DNA of 49,786 nt, filler included, from Streblomastix strix (GCA_008636045.1; 2 parts of 2 records of this genome joined end to end with filler, not necessarily neighbours in it); one strand, 5' to 3'. Positions 14,119-32,004 are shown, counted from the first letter of the whole stretch. Notes: generated by a model from the sequence alone, not told the origin. Numbers and translations: made by a program.

Positions 14119-17100
14119 TCATGCATCAACGCTTATCAATTATTACCCACGTCTTCCCAATCCAGAGTATTTCTAGTGTTGAATCACAACTGCAACAATT
14201 ATCATAGCAACGATTGAAGCAACAACGATGACTCCAGCAACAACAATCCCAGAGATCATCTCTGCTTTACTTTTTGGTTCTTCAGTTTCAATTTCTTTTT
14301 ATTTGTCTTAATCTGATTATTATTATTATTATTCTTCTTCTTCTTCTAATTCTACTAATTCATCAACAATCACTTGTAAGTTGCATGGATCATTATCTTT
14401 CACTTCATCTTCTGTTTAATCTGGTGTTATTTCAATTCTAATTTAATTCGGCCCTAATGGAACTAAAGAACATTTCTAATCGATTTTTTATCCAAACACA
14501 ATATTTTATCGATAGTATCCGACTTTGCAATGCGAGAATATACATTTATCAGTCAAATATTCACCAATCTTAGCTGTTCCATTAGAATATCTTCCTTTTG
14601 CTTCAGATGATCCACGAACACTGCATGGATGACCACAGATTGAATATGGATCATTTCTGAGGCATCCTTTACAGTTATTTGGAGTTTATGTGTTATTTGT
14701 TTCAACTTCCCATGATAAGCATTTCTTTGGAGAAGTTGGTAATGGATCTGGATTTGAACTTGACTTTGATTTTGAATCAGAGTTTGATTTGTGTATTGAT
14801 TCTTTATTTGAAGCTGATATATATTATGATGATGATTTATTACCAATACCCTATAATTCTTTCTCTCTTTTCAATACTTCATCATACAATATATATCTTT
14901 TCTCATCATCATCATCATCATCAGATATTAAACTATCAATTGGGAAATATTCAACTCTGAAATCTACATCAACTATTTTATATTCAAGTAATTAATCACT
15001 TGATTCATCTGTGAAACCATATCCACCTTTGTTAGACCATGAAAGATCTGTTCCAATACGATAGAATTAATTTGGAAGTTTAAATTCATCAATCTTTGCA
15101 GATTCAATTAATGAAGCATTTGATTTGATATCTTGAACAGATTAATAATTGTATATTGATCCTGAAGTTGTCATTCCAACATCAAATCTTATATCTTTGT
15201 CATCTGGGTATGGAGCTCCAACACCAATAATCTGATTTGGAAAATATTATAAATTTTAAGAAAATTATAAAAAAAATCTATAATATTTCATTAGAGTTAA
15301 TTTTAGTAATATATACAATAATACATATAATTATGCCCACCCTTCCAAGATGCTTCTCTCCAATATGTTTCACAAACTGTGAACACGTACTTGCACATGC
15401 GCCATCAATGATAATCAAAACATCTTATGGCTGATACTATATTTATTTTTTTATATTTTGCTTTTTAAAATATTTGGCAAATGTATCATTATTTCCCATA
15501 AAATTCATATACATATATGTCATATTGACTGTAAGACTATTCTTACCTTCATATTATGTTGTGCTTTTTCTATTTTCTCTTGAATAGAAAAGCTTATCAA
15601 TTTCCATTTTATCAAGTTCAAGTGGTAGTTAAACTTCATCTGGATAAATATCTTATTAATATAATGTTATAATTGCAATTAATTCGTTTAAATCTGTTCG
15701 TGTCATATCAACTGTTTAATAGAGATGATGACCTACATTTGGGTTTAAGAAGTTGAGAAATTGTCTTCCTAATCGAAATTATCCTCCTACATTACCACGA
15801 AGATCAATCAGGAGTCGTTTTGAATAATCATGACTTGAATTATTAGTAAATGCATCAATTACATCAAATATAGCCTTACTAAATAAGTCTTCCTCATCAG
15901 GGTTGAATGATTTTATGACTAATACACCTAATTTTTTAGTTTGATTAACATATGCGTTAATCTCTGAATAATCTTCTATTGAAGTAATTAAATTTCTGAA
16001 AGATAAAACTTCTGCGTTATGTAAAATGCTACTATTGAGATTTTTATAACTTTTATTAATATTATTATTATTTGATTTGATTAATGATTTTGAATTATTC
16101 ATTATTTGTGTTATTGAAATTAAATTAAATTATTATTCTTATTAAATGAGTACCTATACTGGGTGAAGTTTCTACTCGAGATTTTTTGTAATCTTTCTTT
16201 ATTCTTCTTCAAGTTTGAATGTAAGATCTTTGAATTATTATTCTTATTATTAAAATTCTTTCTCATTTTTCTTTAATTTTATGGATTATTTTTATATCTG
16301 TTATTTCATTCTATTCCATAACTATTTTAATTTCCCAAGTAAACTATATTTATTGATTATTTTTATTTTCTCTTCTTTTTTCAATTTTTTATTCGTTTTC
16401 ATTTCAAAAGATGAGGAAGTAAATAACTCATTATTATTATTACATTCTTCAAATAGATTCAAATCTGCACTGAGAATGATGGATATTGGGTATTATAATA
16501 TATAAATGCCTGTTTCATTATGCACTTCTATTTATATTTCATTATAATTTGGGTGTTTGAATTATTGAGCATTTCTATATGAGAAATAACCCTTATGTGC
16601 ATAATTCATTCTTGTAATTGGATTTCTGGAGATTGATACTTCTTCATCTGCCCATCTGGCAATAGCTTCAAGAGCTGGATATGTTCCTTCAACATCCACA
16701 TATTTATTATTATCATAGAATTTTTAACGTAATATATTGATCTTATCTAATGAATAGTTTTACTCATTAATGTTGATTATAAAACTCAAAGAATAGTCTG
16801 TTTTACTTTAATTTACTGTAATTTGTGAAAACATTTATTAAACTTTTGGTAAACATCGTTGAGTGAATATTGTATGTGGATCTTTGAGATTGTTAAGAAG
16901 AATCATTATTGATTCATTAAAATCAAATGTATTTGTATATGTTGTTTTATTTATTTTGTCAAGACTAAAATTTATGTTAACTGCATGTTTTTCATATCCA
17001 ATTGAAGAACCTGATGGATTTAGTGATGTATCTATGAATGCATAACTGTTGAGATACTCTTTTAAGAGACTAATGGTTGTGATTTACACATTGGATTCAA

Positions 17101-19352
17101 GCTGAAATATATTTGATAATTATATAACAATAATTAAAAATTATTATTATTCATTAAATATATAATATTATAAATTAATATAAAATGAAAAAAATAAATA
17201 ATATATAGTTGGAAATGCACACTTTAATACTTCTAAGATTGTTTAATGCAAAGTCAAGTTCATATGAAACTCCAGTTTTCACATAACAATTGCAACCCCA
17301 TGGTGAGTAATCTTTACTGCATTTAAATATGTCTGGACATACAGATTATTCATGTTCTTCAGTCCAATTCAGTAATGTAGGATATATTTTGTCTGCCTGA
17401 CATTATGATTTGGAATATCTGCAATTTTCAACAGAATATGAACATGTACAACTTGGGTTTGGTTATTAATTGGCAGTGCAAACTTTAGTTTCTTAGCAAG
17501 TTGCAAAGTTGAATGGATCTTTTCCTATTAAATCACAAACACAATTTTGTGGAAGACGTTAATATGTACAAATACTTCCAGATTAATTAAAGTCGGCTGA
17601 ACATTAACAAGGAGTTGATTAAAGATCTTCACTACTACATTTTCGGCTTATTGGACAGCTAATCCCAACTCTTGGATCATCTTCATCAAGACATTTGCAT
17701 TATCCAGGAGGTACTCCTTCTAATTAATTCAGAAACGTATCTCTTGGACATGTACATCCATTTGGTGTGTATCTATCAATATATTTGCATGTGTTTGGTT
17801 TTACTGATGATCCATGAACATCATTACAATAGATAAGTAAAAAATATGCTTTATCTGTTTCAAACTCTGTATAATCATCTTAAGCACTATTACATGCACA
17901 ACTTCCATTAAATATATTATATGTTCAATATTCAGGACAACCAGCACCTGGTGTTGTCAACCCAGATCTAGGATCTCCTATTGTACGAAATTCACATTAT
18001 GCAACGGGAACTCCAATCAAATCTTTTGAATCTTAAGTACAAGCACATCCTTCAGGGGAATTATCATATATGCAAATTCATGATTGTGAGTATATATAGA
18101 TGGAGAATCTGATTCATCGCAAGAATCAATTGCTGAATATTTTTCATCTTCACATTCTGTTTTGGTATAAGAATCATCATCATCGTTCTATGGGCATATG
18201 CAATCAAACAGAGCTTATCCATCTGCATATTTACAATCACCTCCTTCATATCATGTTTCTTGATCACATTGTTATAATTTCTCATATCTTAAAACTTCAT
18301 CACATGTTTTTATATTAAAAGATGGATTTGTAATAGATTCGCATACATAAGTTGATGTATGATAAATTGGAGTGCAAATGCAATTATCTTAATGAAGATC
18401 TTCAGAGCATAAACAAAAAGTGGATAAATCATCATCAATTTGGCAAAGTCGTGTTATTGGACAAGCAACACATTCTCTTAGATCAATATCAACAAGACAT
18501 CAAAACAATTCAACTGGAATACCTTATAAATCTTCTGGTAAAGAAGGGCATCTGCATTTTGCTGGATGATTGTCTTTTGTACAATATTAGGAATATTCTG
18601 TTACTGTTGTGTCAGAATTAGCAAGGCAATTCTTAATAGTTCAATCTTAAGGATTGGATTCAAGAGTTGTTGAACAAACGCAAGATAAAGATGCAAGATC
18701 ATTTGATGGACAAATACATTCATCTGTATCTTTCAAATGTTCATGAGTATATAAGCGTGAAAATTCCTAATATTTATCAAAGCATTTAACTGGTGTACAA
18801 CCACCCGGATGATGCAATTATGAGCTTTTGCATTCTCCTATTTAAGATAGATCCATTATCAGCACAATTACAACCGATTGGAGTGTTATTACCTGTGCAT
18901 GTTTTTGTCTCTATGCAATCATCAATATTAAATGTAGCATCTTCATTTTCATCACAAACGCATCCTTATTCATTATCTGGATGGATAGCAGATGTGCATG
19001 TACAAAAATCTGGTTAATATATATCAGTGCAGAAACATCCTCTATAAGTTGGATCAATTTCTACTTCTTTGCAATCTTCAGTTAAAGGACAAACATCTCC
19101 TGCTCTTATATCTCCAATTTAAAAGCATTCACATGCAGATGGTGATATTCCACTCAAATATTATTCAATACTTGAGTATATGTATCAATTATGATCTTTG
19201 ATATTTATACATTTACTTTTATATGTTTGATCTGATGGCAAACAATCAGTTGGAGTACAACCAGTGGAAGTTGGATTTATGAAATCTCCACATATGCAGA
19301 GTTTTGCTGCTAGATATGTTGTTGGATTAAATGTAATTGATAATAAATCACA
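14119..19352 (-). CDS. Mirror copy of the Cys-rich region plus S41-like peptidase
   Basis: Reverse complement of 5493-10726. Confidence 0.75.
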
Positions 19353-19364
19353 TATATAATCTTA

Positions 19365-21823
19365 CTATGAATAAATTGATTTGCTTGTGTTATCAAAATT
19401 TGCATTAAAGTATCAATTCTTTATTTTTCATCATTTGGTAAAATTGAAATCACAACAAATTCCGCATGTGCAAATATCACGTTCCATCCATCAACAATCC
19501 ATACTCCATCTTCAGATAATTATTTTTCTACTTTAATTTAATTTGAGTGTCAGGATCATCAAATGAAATGAATGAAACTCAGTTTCCTTTTAATGATGCA
19601 CCTTTGGGAATTTCATCAAATTCATCAAAATATTTCTTCTTAATTCCATATTTTAATGTATCAATTCTTATTTCATGATTCAATGAATTCGCACCAGGAT
19701 CAGTAGGTGTTCAAATAAATAATAATCTCTTACCAGGAGCAAAAGCTTATAATAATCCATGAAATACTGAATATGCTCGGAGTGTAGCTCCATATTAACA
19801 CCAATTTCATCTTCGTCTTCAAAGCCATTTCTTTCCACCAGGTTATGTTGGTTTGCGAATGAATCTCCATAGTCGGATAGCATCAGCTTCATCATTCATT
19901 GTGATCGCCCCATCTGCAACATCTACACGGAAATCATTCTCTGCAATTGGTTGTGAAAGTCTTTTTAAAATTTGATCTCATTATTCAAACCTTATTATAA
20001 GCATATCATATGGAACTAATGATCCATCTGCAAGCATTAATTCTCGTTTCTCTCGATCGATATTCAGAACAACTCCAGGAACTTCTTCAATATATCTCTA
20101 TAATCCTAACCCAGCTAAAGTAGCAGCAGTATAATTGCATGAATTCACTACTTGTATTTCTGGTGTAGGAGGTCTAAAAGGTATTGGTATCACAAATAGA
20201 GAATGATGTGTTGATGGAGTTACACTTATGAATGATGCTGGATATTCAGTTGCAGGTATATTTCCTGGAATTGATGGAATAATTGATCCTTTTTTTTTTG
20301 TTATAATTTGATGAAATGATGAATCAGGTTGTTGGATATATTCAGGAACTTTTGAGATGAAACCAGGTTGATTTGTTATTAATGATCCAATTGGTGCAGA
20401 AGTTGTATTTGTAATTAAATTGATACTTCCTTATTAATTAATTGGTTTCAATGAATAATTAGATAATTATGATGGAGATTATTGTTTCTATTATGAATAA
20501 TCACTCACTTTCTTCTCATTATCCAAAATTCAATCTAAATGTCCTTTTCTCGCTAAGGATCTACTTTCGCTGACCATAATGGTGGGATTGGTACTATTTC
20601 TTATGTTCCTGGAATACCAGCTGCCCTAGCTATAATGGGTGGAACTGGTATTGGATGTAGTAATCTATGTTATGAATATACTTTCTATTCATATACTTAT
20701 CTTAAGAATGCAGCTCTTTCTTTTTTTCTTTTAACAAATTCTTTATATTCGTCACTTGTTATATCAATATCTATCTTCAGTAATGTTTCATCTTCATCAC
20801 ATACATCATATCCTGTACAATCCATTCAACAATATTATTTCTCTCCATCTTATCATGAAATCATAATTTCATCATCTTTCTCTTTAATTAATTAAAATTT
20901 AGGTTTTCTAAAATTAGAACCTATAAAATATTAATATTATGATTCTTCAAAATCTTCTTCTAATTCAGCATCTGGTTGATCTTTTTATAGTTGTTTCAGT
21001 TTAATCTGTTTAGTTACACCCATAACAGACATTCCATTTGGATATGGTTCAACAAAATGTTGATGATAGAATGCTGGTGGTGGTATTATAGTTGATTCTA
21101 AGCATGGAAGACATTAAGGTGATACAAGTGTCAATGATGAAAAAAATCGAGATTTTGCAAATGCCAATCTTTCCAATACAGATATACCACTATCAGATGA
21201 TCCACTAACTACAATTCTACCATTAGTTACTATCTATCTATCAAGTGCATTACCTCATCTTAACATTGAAAGTGCAAAACAATGTTCAGAAAATCTGGAA
21301 GGTTGCAATTCAGATGTTGGTATTGGTGGAGGTTGAATATGTTTAGTTGATGGATCACCTACTGGACCAAATGGATCTGGGAATTCTTCTAAGCGATGAA
21401 CCTGATGGGAATATTAGATAATTTTTTTAAAAAATATAAATAAATAAGTTAATTTTAATTTTATTTAATATTATTAATACTTCAATATATGCATCATCCA
21501 AAGACATTTAATAATTTGGTTAATCTATCTCTGCTAATGGTCTTTAAATCTGTCTTCTGGGTGGAACATGTGTGAATAATCAATTAAACTGCTGCTGGTT
21601 GTGATGTTCCACCATATGAAAAAGTTCTGCTGAAAAATTTTTTTTACTGATGATAATCTAAAGTTTTCACAAAATACGAATCTAGCTCGAGTTTGGAATA
21701 GTGAATCAAGAACAAAATTCATTAGATCAGCATGTGGATATCCATTAACTGCTGTTCGATCAATTGTTGTTGGATCATTTGGATCAATTTCATCCAGATC
21801 AGAATCAGTAGCAGTAAGTTGAT
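19365..21823 (-). pseudogene. CFAP61: Mirror copy of the CFAP61-like fragment
   Basis: Reverse complement of 3022-5480. Confidence 0.7.
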
Positions 21824-21850
21824 CTATATCAAAAAAAAAAATTAATCTAA

Positions 21851-24009
<2,159 letters not shown>

Positions 24010-24844
24010 TTGTAAGAAATGAAATATGAAAAATATTATATTTAATTAATTAGGAAGAAATAAATATAATAATTGAAAATTTGAACAGCTTTGATAAATA
24101 ACAATTGATCAGGCCCACATCCTAGAATTATTTGTCAAATTTTTGCAGCGTCATATCTTATCCAAAATCACCTTATTATATGCGCACTGATGATTATTAA
24201 TTTTCCAGAAAAAATCCAATTACGAACCATCTTGTATATCGAGATACCATCGGTTTTAATATTTTGCTCCCCAGTGACGCAAAATTTAGATCATCAGAAA
24301 AGTATCAATTTAATTTCCAATTTTTTATTTTTCTTCACAAAATGCACACCGATTTGCACTGCCTCACAATCGTTGTACGCTGAACTACACTTTTTTTAAT
24401 TTTTTATTCTTTCGATTCACCATTCCTGATACAATAACGATGGAACCAATTTTTTTATATTTTATTGAGACCTATATAAGATTACTTTGTTTTAGCGCAT
24501 ATTAAAATAAAATTCAACTCAAACATAAAAATTTCATTTTTTCCCTATATTTATCAAAAAATTGTTTTAATTTTTTGCATTTTATTTTTGCTTTATTTTC
24601 TATTAGATCTTGTTTCATTGTGTTTGTCATGTCATCTGGAGGCCAGAAACCTCCATTAAAGCGCAAATGGAGTGATTGTATGCATTTTCTTAGATTTCTA
24701 TTATTCCTTATATTTAAATTCTTTCATTAATATTTCCAATTCAGATTAATTTGAAGATGAACTTTCATCTGGTGCATTCGGACGTATTTATGTGATGAAA
24801 CATTTGCCAAGTGGTGAATTGGAGGTGATCAAAAGTCTTCCATA

Positions 24845-24944
24845 NNNNNNNNNNNNNNNNNNNNNNNNNNNNNNNNNNNNNNNNNNNNTTAATTAATTAA
24901 NNNNNNNNNNNNNNNNNNNNNNNNNNNNNNNNNNNNNNNNNNNN
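24845..24944. other. Artificial contig-joining spacer
   Basis: N44-TTAATTAATTAA-N44 is exactly 100 bp, and the 12-mer is a six-frame stop linker in the standard code. Confidence 0.97.
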
Positions 24945-25035
24945 TAAATTTATTAAGTATCAATTATTAATAAATATTTTAATATTTATTAAAAATTATT
25001 TATAAATTTCATATTTTATTTATTATAATTCTTAG

Positions 25036-25291
25036 ATTTGAATGTTACAAACTAGCCTAAAATGCAAAGAAATTAGTTGTTCAAAACTTCAAGAAATGCC
25101 TATGTTTCTCCACTGTCGATGGAATGTTAGTATCATCGCCACATTCTGATCCTGCAGAAGACTAGAAAACAGTGAGTCCTTTAGAATTTTATTATGAAGA
25201 AGTATCTTCAAAAGTGAAAACTTCTACAGTTCCACTTTAAAATAATGAAACATTTGACGATATTATTAAGAAAGAACTTAATACTTTTTGA
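25036..25291 (+). CDS. Probable terminal exon of an unknown gene truncated at the contig start
   Basis: AT-rich tract and ttag acceptor (25034-25035), then FECYKLAQNAKK...DDIIKKELNTF ending at TGA 25289-25291. Confidence 0.5.
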
Positions 25292-26324
25292 TTTAAATAA
25301 TAAAAAGGTAAAAAATTTAACTAAAAGGTTATTTTTTCTGAAAATTTGAATTTCTCTCCTAATAAGCACTTTAGAACGGTTTTAATTTAATTTAGGAAAA
25401 TAGTATTACCAATATGTTATAAATAATTAATTTTTAAAAAAAGTGCATATTCATAAAAATTCACCCATATATTAGGCACCGCTCTTTCAACTTTTGTTTC
25501 AGAATCGATAAGCTATTTAAAGTATACATGGGAAATAGCAAGAACTGGAGCAACAGTGCGGAATGGCACAATAACAGTTGCCTAGTGCTATAATTGCCTT
25601 CAAATGCTTTTGTAATGTTTAGACGTAGTTAGTCAGGACTAAGTATAGGACGCTTATTAAATGATGAGAATGTAGTTGTTTTTTTGCCAATCATTTTCTA
25701 ATGGCTGTTAATGTCCAATTTAACGTTAAGCTCCAATGCTCTTCACTGTAATAATAAAATTTGATCATAAGATCTGATCTTTTTTAAAGATTGATAAATA
25801 ATTAATTTTATCGTTAAATTTTTTGTTGTGAGGGTTGTTAAATTTGTGTGGGTTAAACATTTTACCTTAATAAAGCTCCGGTAGTAATAAAACTAAATAA
25901 AAATTTAATTATGCACCTATTACTTAAATCCATCCTGAAATCTTCGATTTTTAGTCAATTTTTTAAAAGCCTAATTAAATCAATCCAACTTTCTAATTTA
26001 GCTTTAAAATGGTGAATTGCATTTTTTATTTGTGATTTGATTTCCTTACCAAAAATCTCGCAATTTTATAATATAAAAACATAATTTATCTAATTATCTT
26101 ATTTATATATCAAATTAATATACTGTACAAACCACAATCCTATTCTAAATGAATATTTTTCAATTATGAATACTTTTTATATTTTCTGCATTTCTACATC
26201 TACATATTTATTATATTTATAGTTATATTTTACCAATTTTTTTATATGTCTATGAAATTACTAATTTTTAAAATTATGATTATATAATGCTGGATTTTTC
26301 CATTATTTTAATTCAGACATTTTA

Positions 26325-29300
26325 ATGCAATAAGCACAACCAAAGATTTGGGCGCCGCATATATGGAGTAATTGTATACTCATAATTTCACTTTTTTCTA
26401 TTATTTAATATTAAATTTCGTTTTAATATATTATTTTTCATATTGTAACGAAGATGAATTGATAAAAGAGCTGTCTAATAGCCCAAATGTAAATGTTTCA
26501 ATTAGAAAATTGAAATACTCTGGAGAAATAGTTGTAATAAAAAGGCTTGCATATATTGATCCTGAATAATAAAAGTTGGCAAATGAAGAACTTTCGTTAT
26601 TCAAACTAATGCAACAACATTCCAAATATTTTGTCAGCTAAATTGAGTCTTTTTCTATTGGTGCAGATCTATGTATTGTTTTTAAATATTATTAATAAGG
26701 AAGTCTTCGTAATTAAATGGATAATGAACTTAAAAACATGCCTGAAAAAGATAGAGGATTGGTTTGAAAAGAATTTTTTTATTTAAAATAATTTATATAT
26801 TATTTATTTATTTATTTTTGAATCTTCATTGCAGCAAACATTAAAATATATGTACTAGATACTTTGCGGGCTAAAATAACTTCATCTACTTGGGCTTGCT
26901 CACAAAGACCTCAAACCAGAAAATATACTGATAGATTAAGGAAATGCAAAATTGGGTTAATTTAAGATTTTTATTCTCTTAAATTATTATTCTTTTTTAA
27001 TTTAGCGGATTTTTGCCTGAGCTAAAAATTAGCTGATATTGCTTACTTGAAAACTTCAGGAACTAAGTATATTATTGCCATTATTTATTTATTATTTTAT
27101 AAATTTCATGATCTATTAATACACAGAATATATGCACCACCTGAAACACTTATCCTTAAAATGTTTGATTGCTATTTTTAGTTCATTTCAGATTGTAGTA
27201 ATGAATTTCTGTTATTTATTTATTTATTTCATATTATTTTATGTCCAGCATGACAATTGAAAGTGATGTCTGGGCTTTAGGAATAATAATTATAGAAATA
27301 TTGACTGGTAAACATATATTTTAAGGAGAAACATTAGAAGAAACAATATAAAACATAAAAGAAGGAAGATTTCAACCAATTCCTAGTAACATTGAAGGTG
27401 AATTAAGAAAAACTCTTGAAAGAATGATTAATGAGGTATGCATTATTTATTTATAAATAACTATACACAAATATTTCTTCATTTATTTACTCATTATTTT
27501 TCAGGATCCAATTATTAGACCAACAGTTAAAGATATTCTTGGCATTGAATTAATGAAACTTTAATATAGAAACGAACATCCGGAACTGCAAATACAAAAT
27601 AATAATGTTCAAGTTAATGATATATAACAATAGAATATTCCAATTAATCAATCTTAATTATATAATAATGAAATATAAGATATTAACCAACCTCCTAATC
27701 AAACGCTGAAATAAACAACACCGAAGTCAGATATATTCACTAAACGAGCATATTCACTACGTAATAAAACAAATACAGTAAGTTAAATTGAGATCACAGA
27801 AGTACCTTAAGAATTTAGTGACAAACCCGAATTTCCATTTCTTCATTTAAAATTGACAAGTGAACAATTAACTGATGATCCAAATATGCCTGATATAGAA
27901 ACAACACGATCTGAGAAAGAACGTAGAATATAGGAATAAAATATGAGAGAACAAGAAATGAAGAAATAAAATGAAATGTAATAAGAAAGAAAATAAAGAT
28001 AGATTAAGAATAAAGCAGAAGAATAACAATCTGTTGAATAATTCAAGTAATTAGAAAAAATATAAAGTTAACATAATATTCTCTATTTAGAGCAGAAATC
28101 AGATTAGAATTAATAATAAGATATTCCAGAATATGCAGATGAATAATATTACCCTAATTAAGGATATGAGGATAATTAATATGAATCACGATCAACATAT
28201 CCTGAACCTTCAGATTCATAATAACCTTACTATCCAATACGAAATCCATTCAATAAAGATTAATTAGGTATAATAAGTAATGGACACTTTGATGATAGTT
28301 AAAATCATATTAATACAACTATGATAAATACAAACCAAAATTAGAATAATAATAATAGTGCATAAAATAGATTTAAATAATCTTTATATGAACTTGGATA
28401 TTTATATACGTAATAAAAATAACCTAATACTTCACATAACATGAATAAATAAATAGATTAAGAGTAATAAGTAAATAATAAAACAATTATAAAACAAGAA
28501 TAAGTACCTAAAGTTTCACATAATTCTCCTTAATAATAGATTTAGAAGAGAAATATTAAGAAAGAACAAAGAAATTCACCAAATTCAACATAAAATACAA
28601 GAGAGATTACGTAGTATAATGAATTAGGATAAGTATTAACTGTATAATAACATCCATTCACGTAATAATCAAATTATTCAACATATTAATCTAATTCGTC
28701 AAAACAATCATCCTATTCTCCAACAAGATCATTCTCTAATTCATTTCCTACTCCATTTTATCCTCCTAGAACTGCATTCCTACCTGAGAATGAATATAAA
28801 GAAGCATTGGCATTAACATCTAAAAGTAGAGGAAGTAATAATAATAGCAACACGCAGAGATTAAGTAATTCTTAGTATTTGAGTACATTAATAGAAGATC
28901 CTGCTCAATCTCCCAGAACTGATGTTGCTATTCTTCCTTTTAATCAGAATTAATAACATACACATTAATACTTAAATAAAAAACTATCACCAATAAATAA
29001 AAATAAATTCAGTTCATCAATTTAAAATTAAACACCAATTAAAATACCAGATAAAGCTATTATAGTGATTTCTAACAACAAACACATTGAAAAGCCAATA
29101 CTTAATAATAAATAATATTCTTCTCCAAAATAATTGGATGGTCAAACATCATAATCAAACAGATTATTGACTGATTAGCTTAAAAATCTTTCAAACACAA
29201 TTGAAAGATTAAATAACATATCATTATAGCTATAAGAATAACAAATTGATAAAGATTATTAATACTAATTATTGAATAATCCAAATAAATATACTGATTT

Positions 29301-32004
29301 CGAAATAAAGACTCTATAATAAGATTTATACTAAATAGATTAACTATAAGAATCATTAAAATAATAAATTACTAGAAAAGAATTTTAAATAAGATAAGAG
29401 AAGGAAGATGAAAGAAAGAGAATAGATGTAATACAGAGAATGGTTGACTAATTATAAGCAGAATTAGACAATAGAGAAACAGAAAGAGATTAAATATAGA
29501 ATGAAATGTAAATTAGATTAAATAAATTCAAATAGAATAGAGATCAATTATAATAATAATAGGATAGGTAAGTAGATAAACTATCTGAAGTTGTCAGATT
29601 AAGAGAAGATGAGCTTGCAATTGAAAGATAATTAAAAACACTCCTATTAAAATAATAAACTGATATAGAACTAAATGGATAACAATAAATTGAAGAAATT
29701 GATAAATAACTTAAATAAATAGAAAATGAGTATTAATAATCACATCATCACTAAGGTAGGAAAGATCAAAGGACATTAGATTAAGCCTAGACTAAATTAT
29801 AATAACTTCAATAGTATCTTATTTAGAAGAAAAATGAGATTGTACATTAAAGAAATGAAATTGAGGATAGTCATTGAAAAAGCTCAGAAAGAGAGAGACA
29901 ATCATAATAAAGTATTGAAGATGTATAAAATAAGTAAATGAAATTAAAAAATAAATTTAATTAGAAAATATGAGAGTTAGAATTTGATAGTTAAGGTTCA
30001 ATCAATCAGTTGAAATAATTAGATATTGAGATTGAACAATTATAATATGAAATAAATGTTCGAAAGAATGAACTTGAATAAGAGATTTATACCAGTAGAA
30101 TGAGAGATATTGAGAATAGGAGAACAATGGATGAACTTACATTTACATCCAACAATATCAATGCAGGAGCTGAATAAGAGAGGTAAAGAAGAATACAGCA
30201 ATTAAATAAACTTATCGATAAATTGAATGAAAAAGAAAATGAAAGTTATTTTGATGGATTGAGAAATTAGGCAGATATAACATAGGTATCTTCTTCTGTT
30301 CTATAGGAATATTCATTAGCAGATCCTGTTGAAGTTATTTCACTAATTAGGTTTGTTCGTTTATCATAAAAATATTAATGAAATTTAAATATCTTTCATT
30401 TTTTATCACATTTTATTAATATAGATAAAACAATCCATCTCAACTGAATTCAACTCTTCATTAGTTGGATGACGATCTAAAAAATTCTCCCATTGAAAGG
30501 AAGATGGAATATATAAGAGCAGGATTATTATCAGTACTTGTCAATGTTATTCATTTATATTACAATGAGCCTGATAACACTTATTATCCAACTGGATATG
30601 TATATGATAAATCAAAGAATAACTAATATGTAAGTATAATATGTCTTACATGCAATGTATTGCATCATGTATTATAGAAGAACTTTCAAGCAGTTAATTT
30701 TGCATTCTAATAACATGCAGTAGAAGCGATGATATGGATGTTATCTGGTGGAAAGGTTCCAAGTTCAGATTTCAAAGCCATCCAATAATCTCCTTTTAAT
30801 CATCAATCTTAGATTATATGTGATTATCATTTACTTCCATTTTATACCTTATTGTGCCTTTGCAAACCAATTCAAACACAATAACTTATCGAAATTGGTG
30901 TTATTCCTGTTCTATTTCATTTACTTGATCAGCAAAATTCATCATTATCTATATTATCTGACGCTGTAAAGTGTATATTTAATTTATTATTTGATGGGCT
31001 TGATCTTGTTAACAGTAATTAAATTCATCCCTATTTTCAGGTTTGATTAATTAGAATAGAAATAATTAAACTCTCTTAATTAATTTAATTTATGTCTTTC
31101 TATTTATTTTTACACCTTTATAATTATTATTAGGAAGTTAACAGATGTGGAGGCATTGAAAAACTCTGGTAACTCTTTATTATAAGATAAACGATCTCAA
31201 TATAATAATTATCAGCATTATCTATTGCATATCTTTACAGATCTTAATCTCTTCATTATACATTTAAATCAATAATTGGATATCTCATGTCATAAATAGA
31301 AATATCAGGACATAAAGGAGAATAAGTTAGAACGAATTAGAAGTAAACACAAATAATTCCATTTTCATTTTTTGAATAGATGCATAATAATGCATAAACA
31401 AATATAATATCATAAGAATAAAGAAAAAGAGATCTATTTATTTTAATGAATACCCTTGCTGGACTGACTTGCTTAGCAGGACATTAATGTATATTTTCTG
31501 TTATATTGCACTTAAATTCATTTTCACAAATTATTTTTTTTTAAAAAAATAATTTATTTTAGTAAACCATGCAGAAATAATTCGTTGCAATTGTGTTAAA
31601 GTTATTATAGAAGCACTTTCTGACTCATCTAACTCTGATACGTATGATATAAATGATTGAATAATAATGAATATATATACTCATTTTTTATATATTAACT
31701 TTCTTTTGCACATTATTATCTTTCTTAAAGTGATATTACAATAGGTGCATTGCAAAATGCATTGTTACTCTTTACAAAACTATTTGACAGGTATTTTTTA
31801 TTTATTTTCAATTTCTATTTATTTCTTGAATTATTATTTATTTTGGTTTATATATCATAACCAATCTCAAACATTAGAGGGATTTTACAAACACGTGAAA
31901 TCATAAAGCTTCAAATTCAAGAATTCATTCAATCATTGACTCAGAATTAAAACGTTTGCATTTCCAAAAATGCTTAAGAATTGTACAATAAAATTTATTA
32001 ATGA
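26325..32004 (+). CDS. Multi-exon atypical Ser/Thr kinase with Q/N-rich and coiled-coil region and ARM-like C-terminus; two in-frame TGAs (possible pseudogene)
   Basis: VVIKRL, HKDLKPENILID (26901), ADFCLS (27008), YAPPE, SDVWALGII, DPNYRPTV. Long exon 27505-30350 with TGA at 29875 and 29971. Later exons contain GGIEKLWQLF...ALSIAYLYR. Final TGA 32002-32004. Start inferred. Confidence 0.8.

Noticed and set aside
24889..24900. TTAATTAATTAA palindrome between N runs as a biological motif or telomere
   Set aside because: It is a symmetric 100-bp synthetic linker, so adjacency of the two contigs is not evidence of linkage.
29842..29976. 135-bp in-frame intron that would remove both kinase TGAs
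   Set aside because: GT...AG is present, but the sequence is purine-rich and coiled-coil-coding-like with a GAG acceptor and no T-rich tract, unlike other introns here. Only RNA-seq can fully exclude it.
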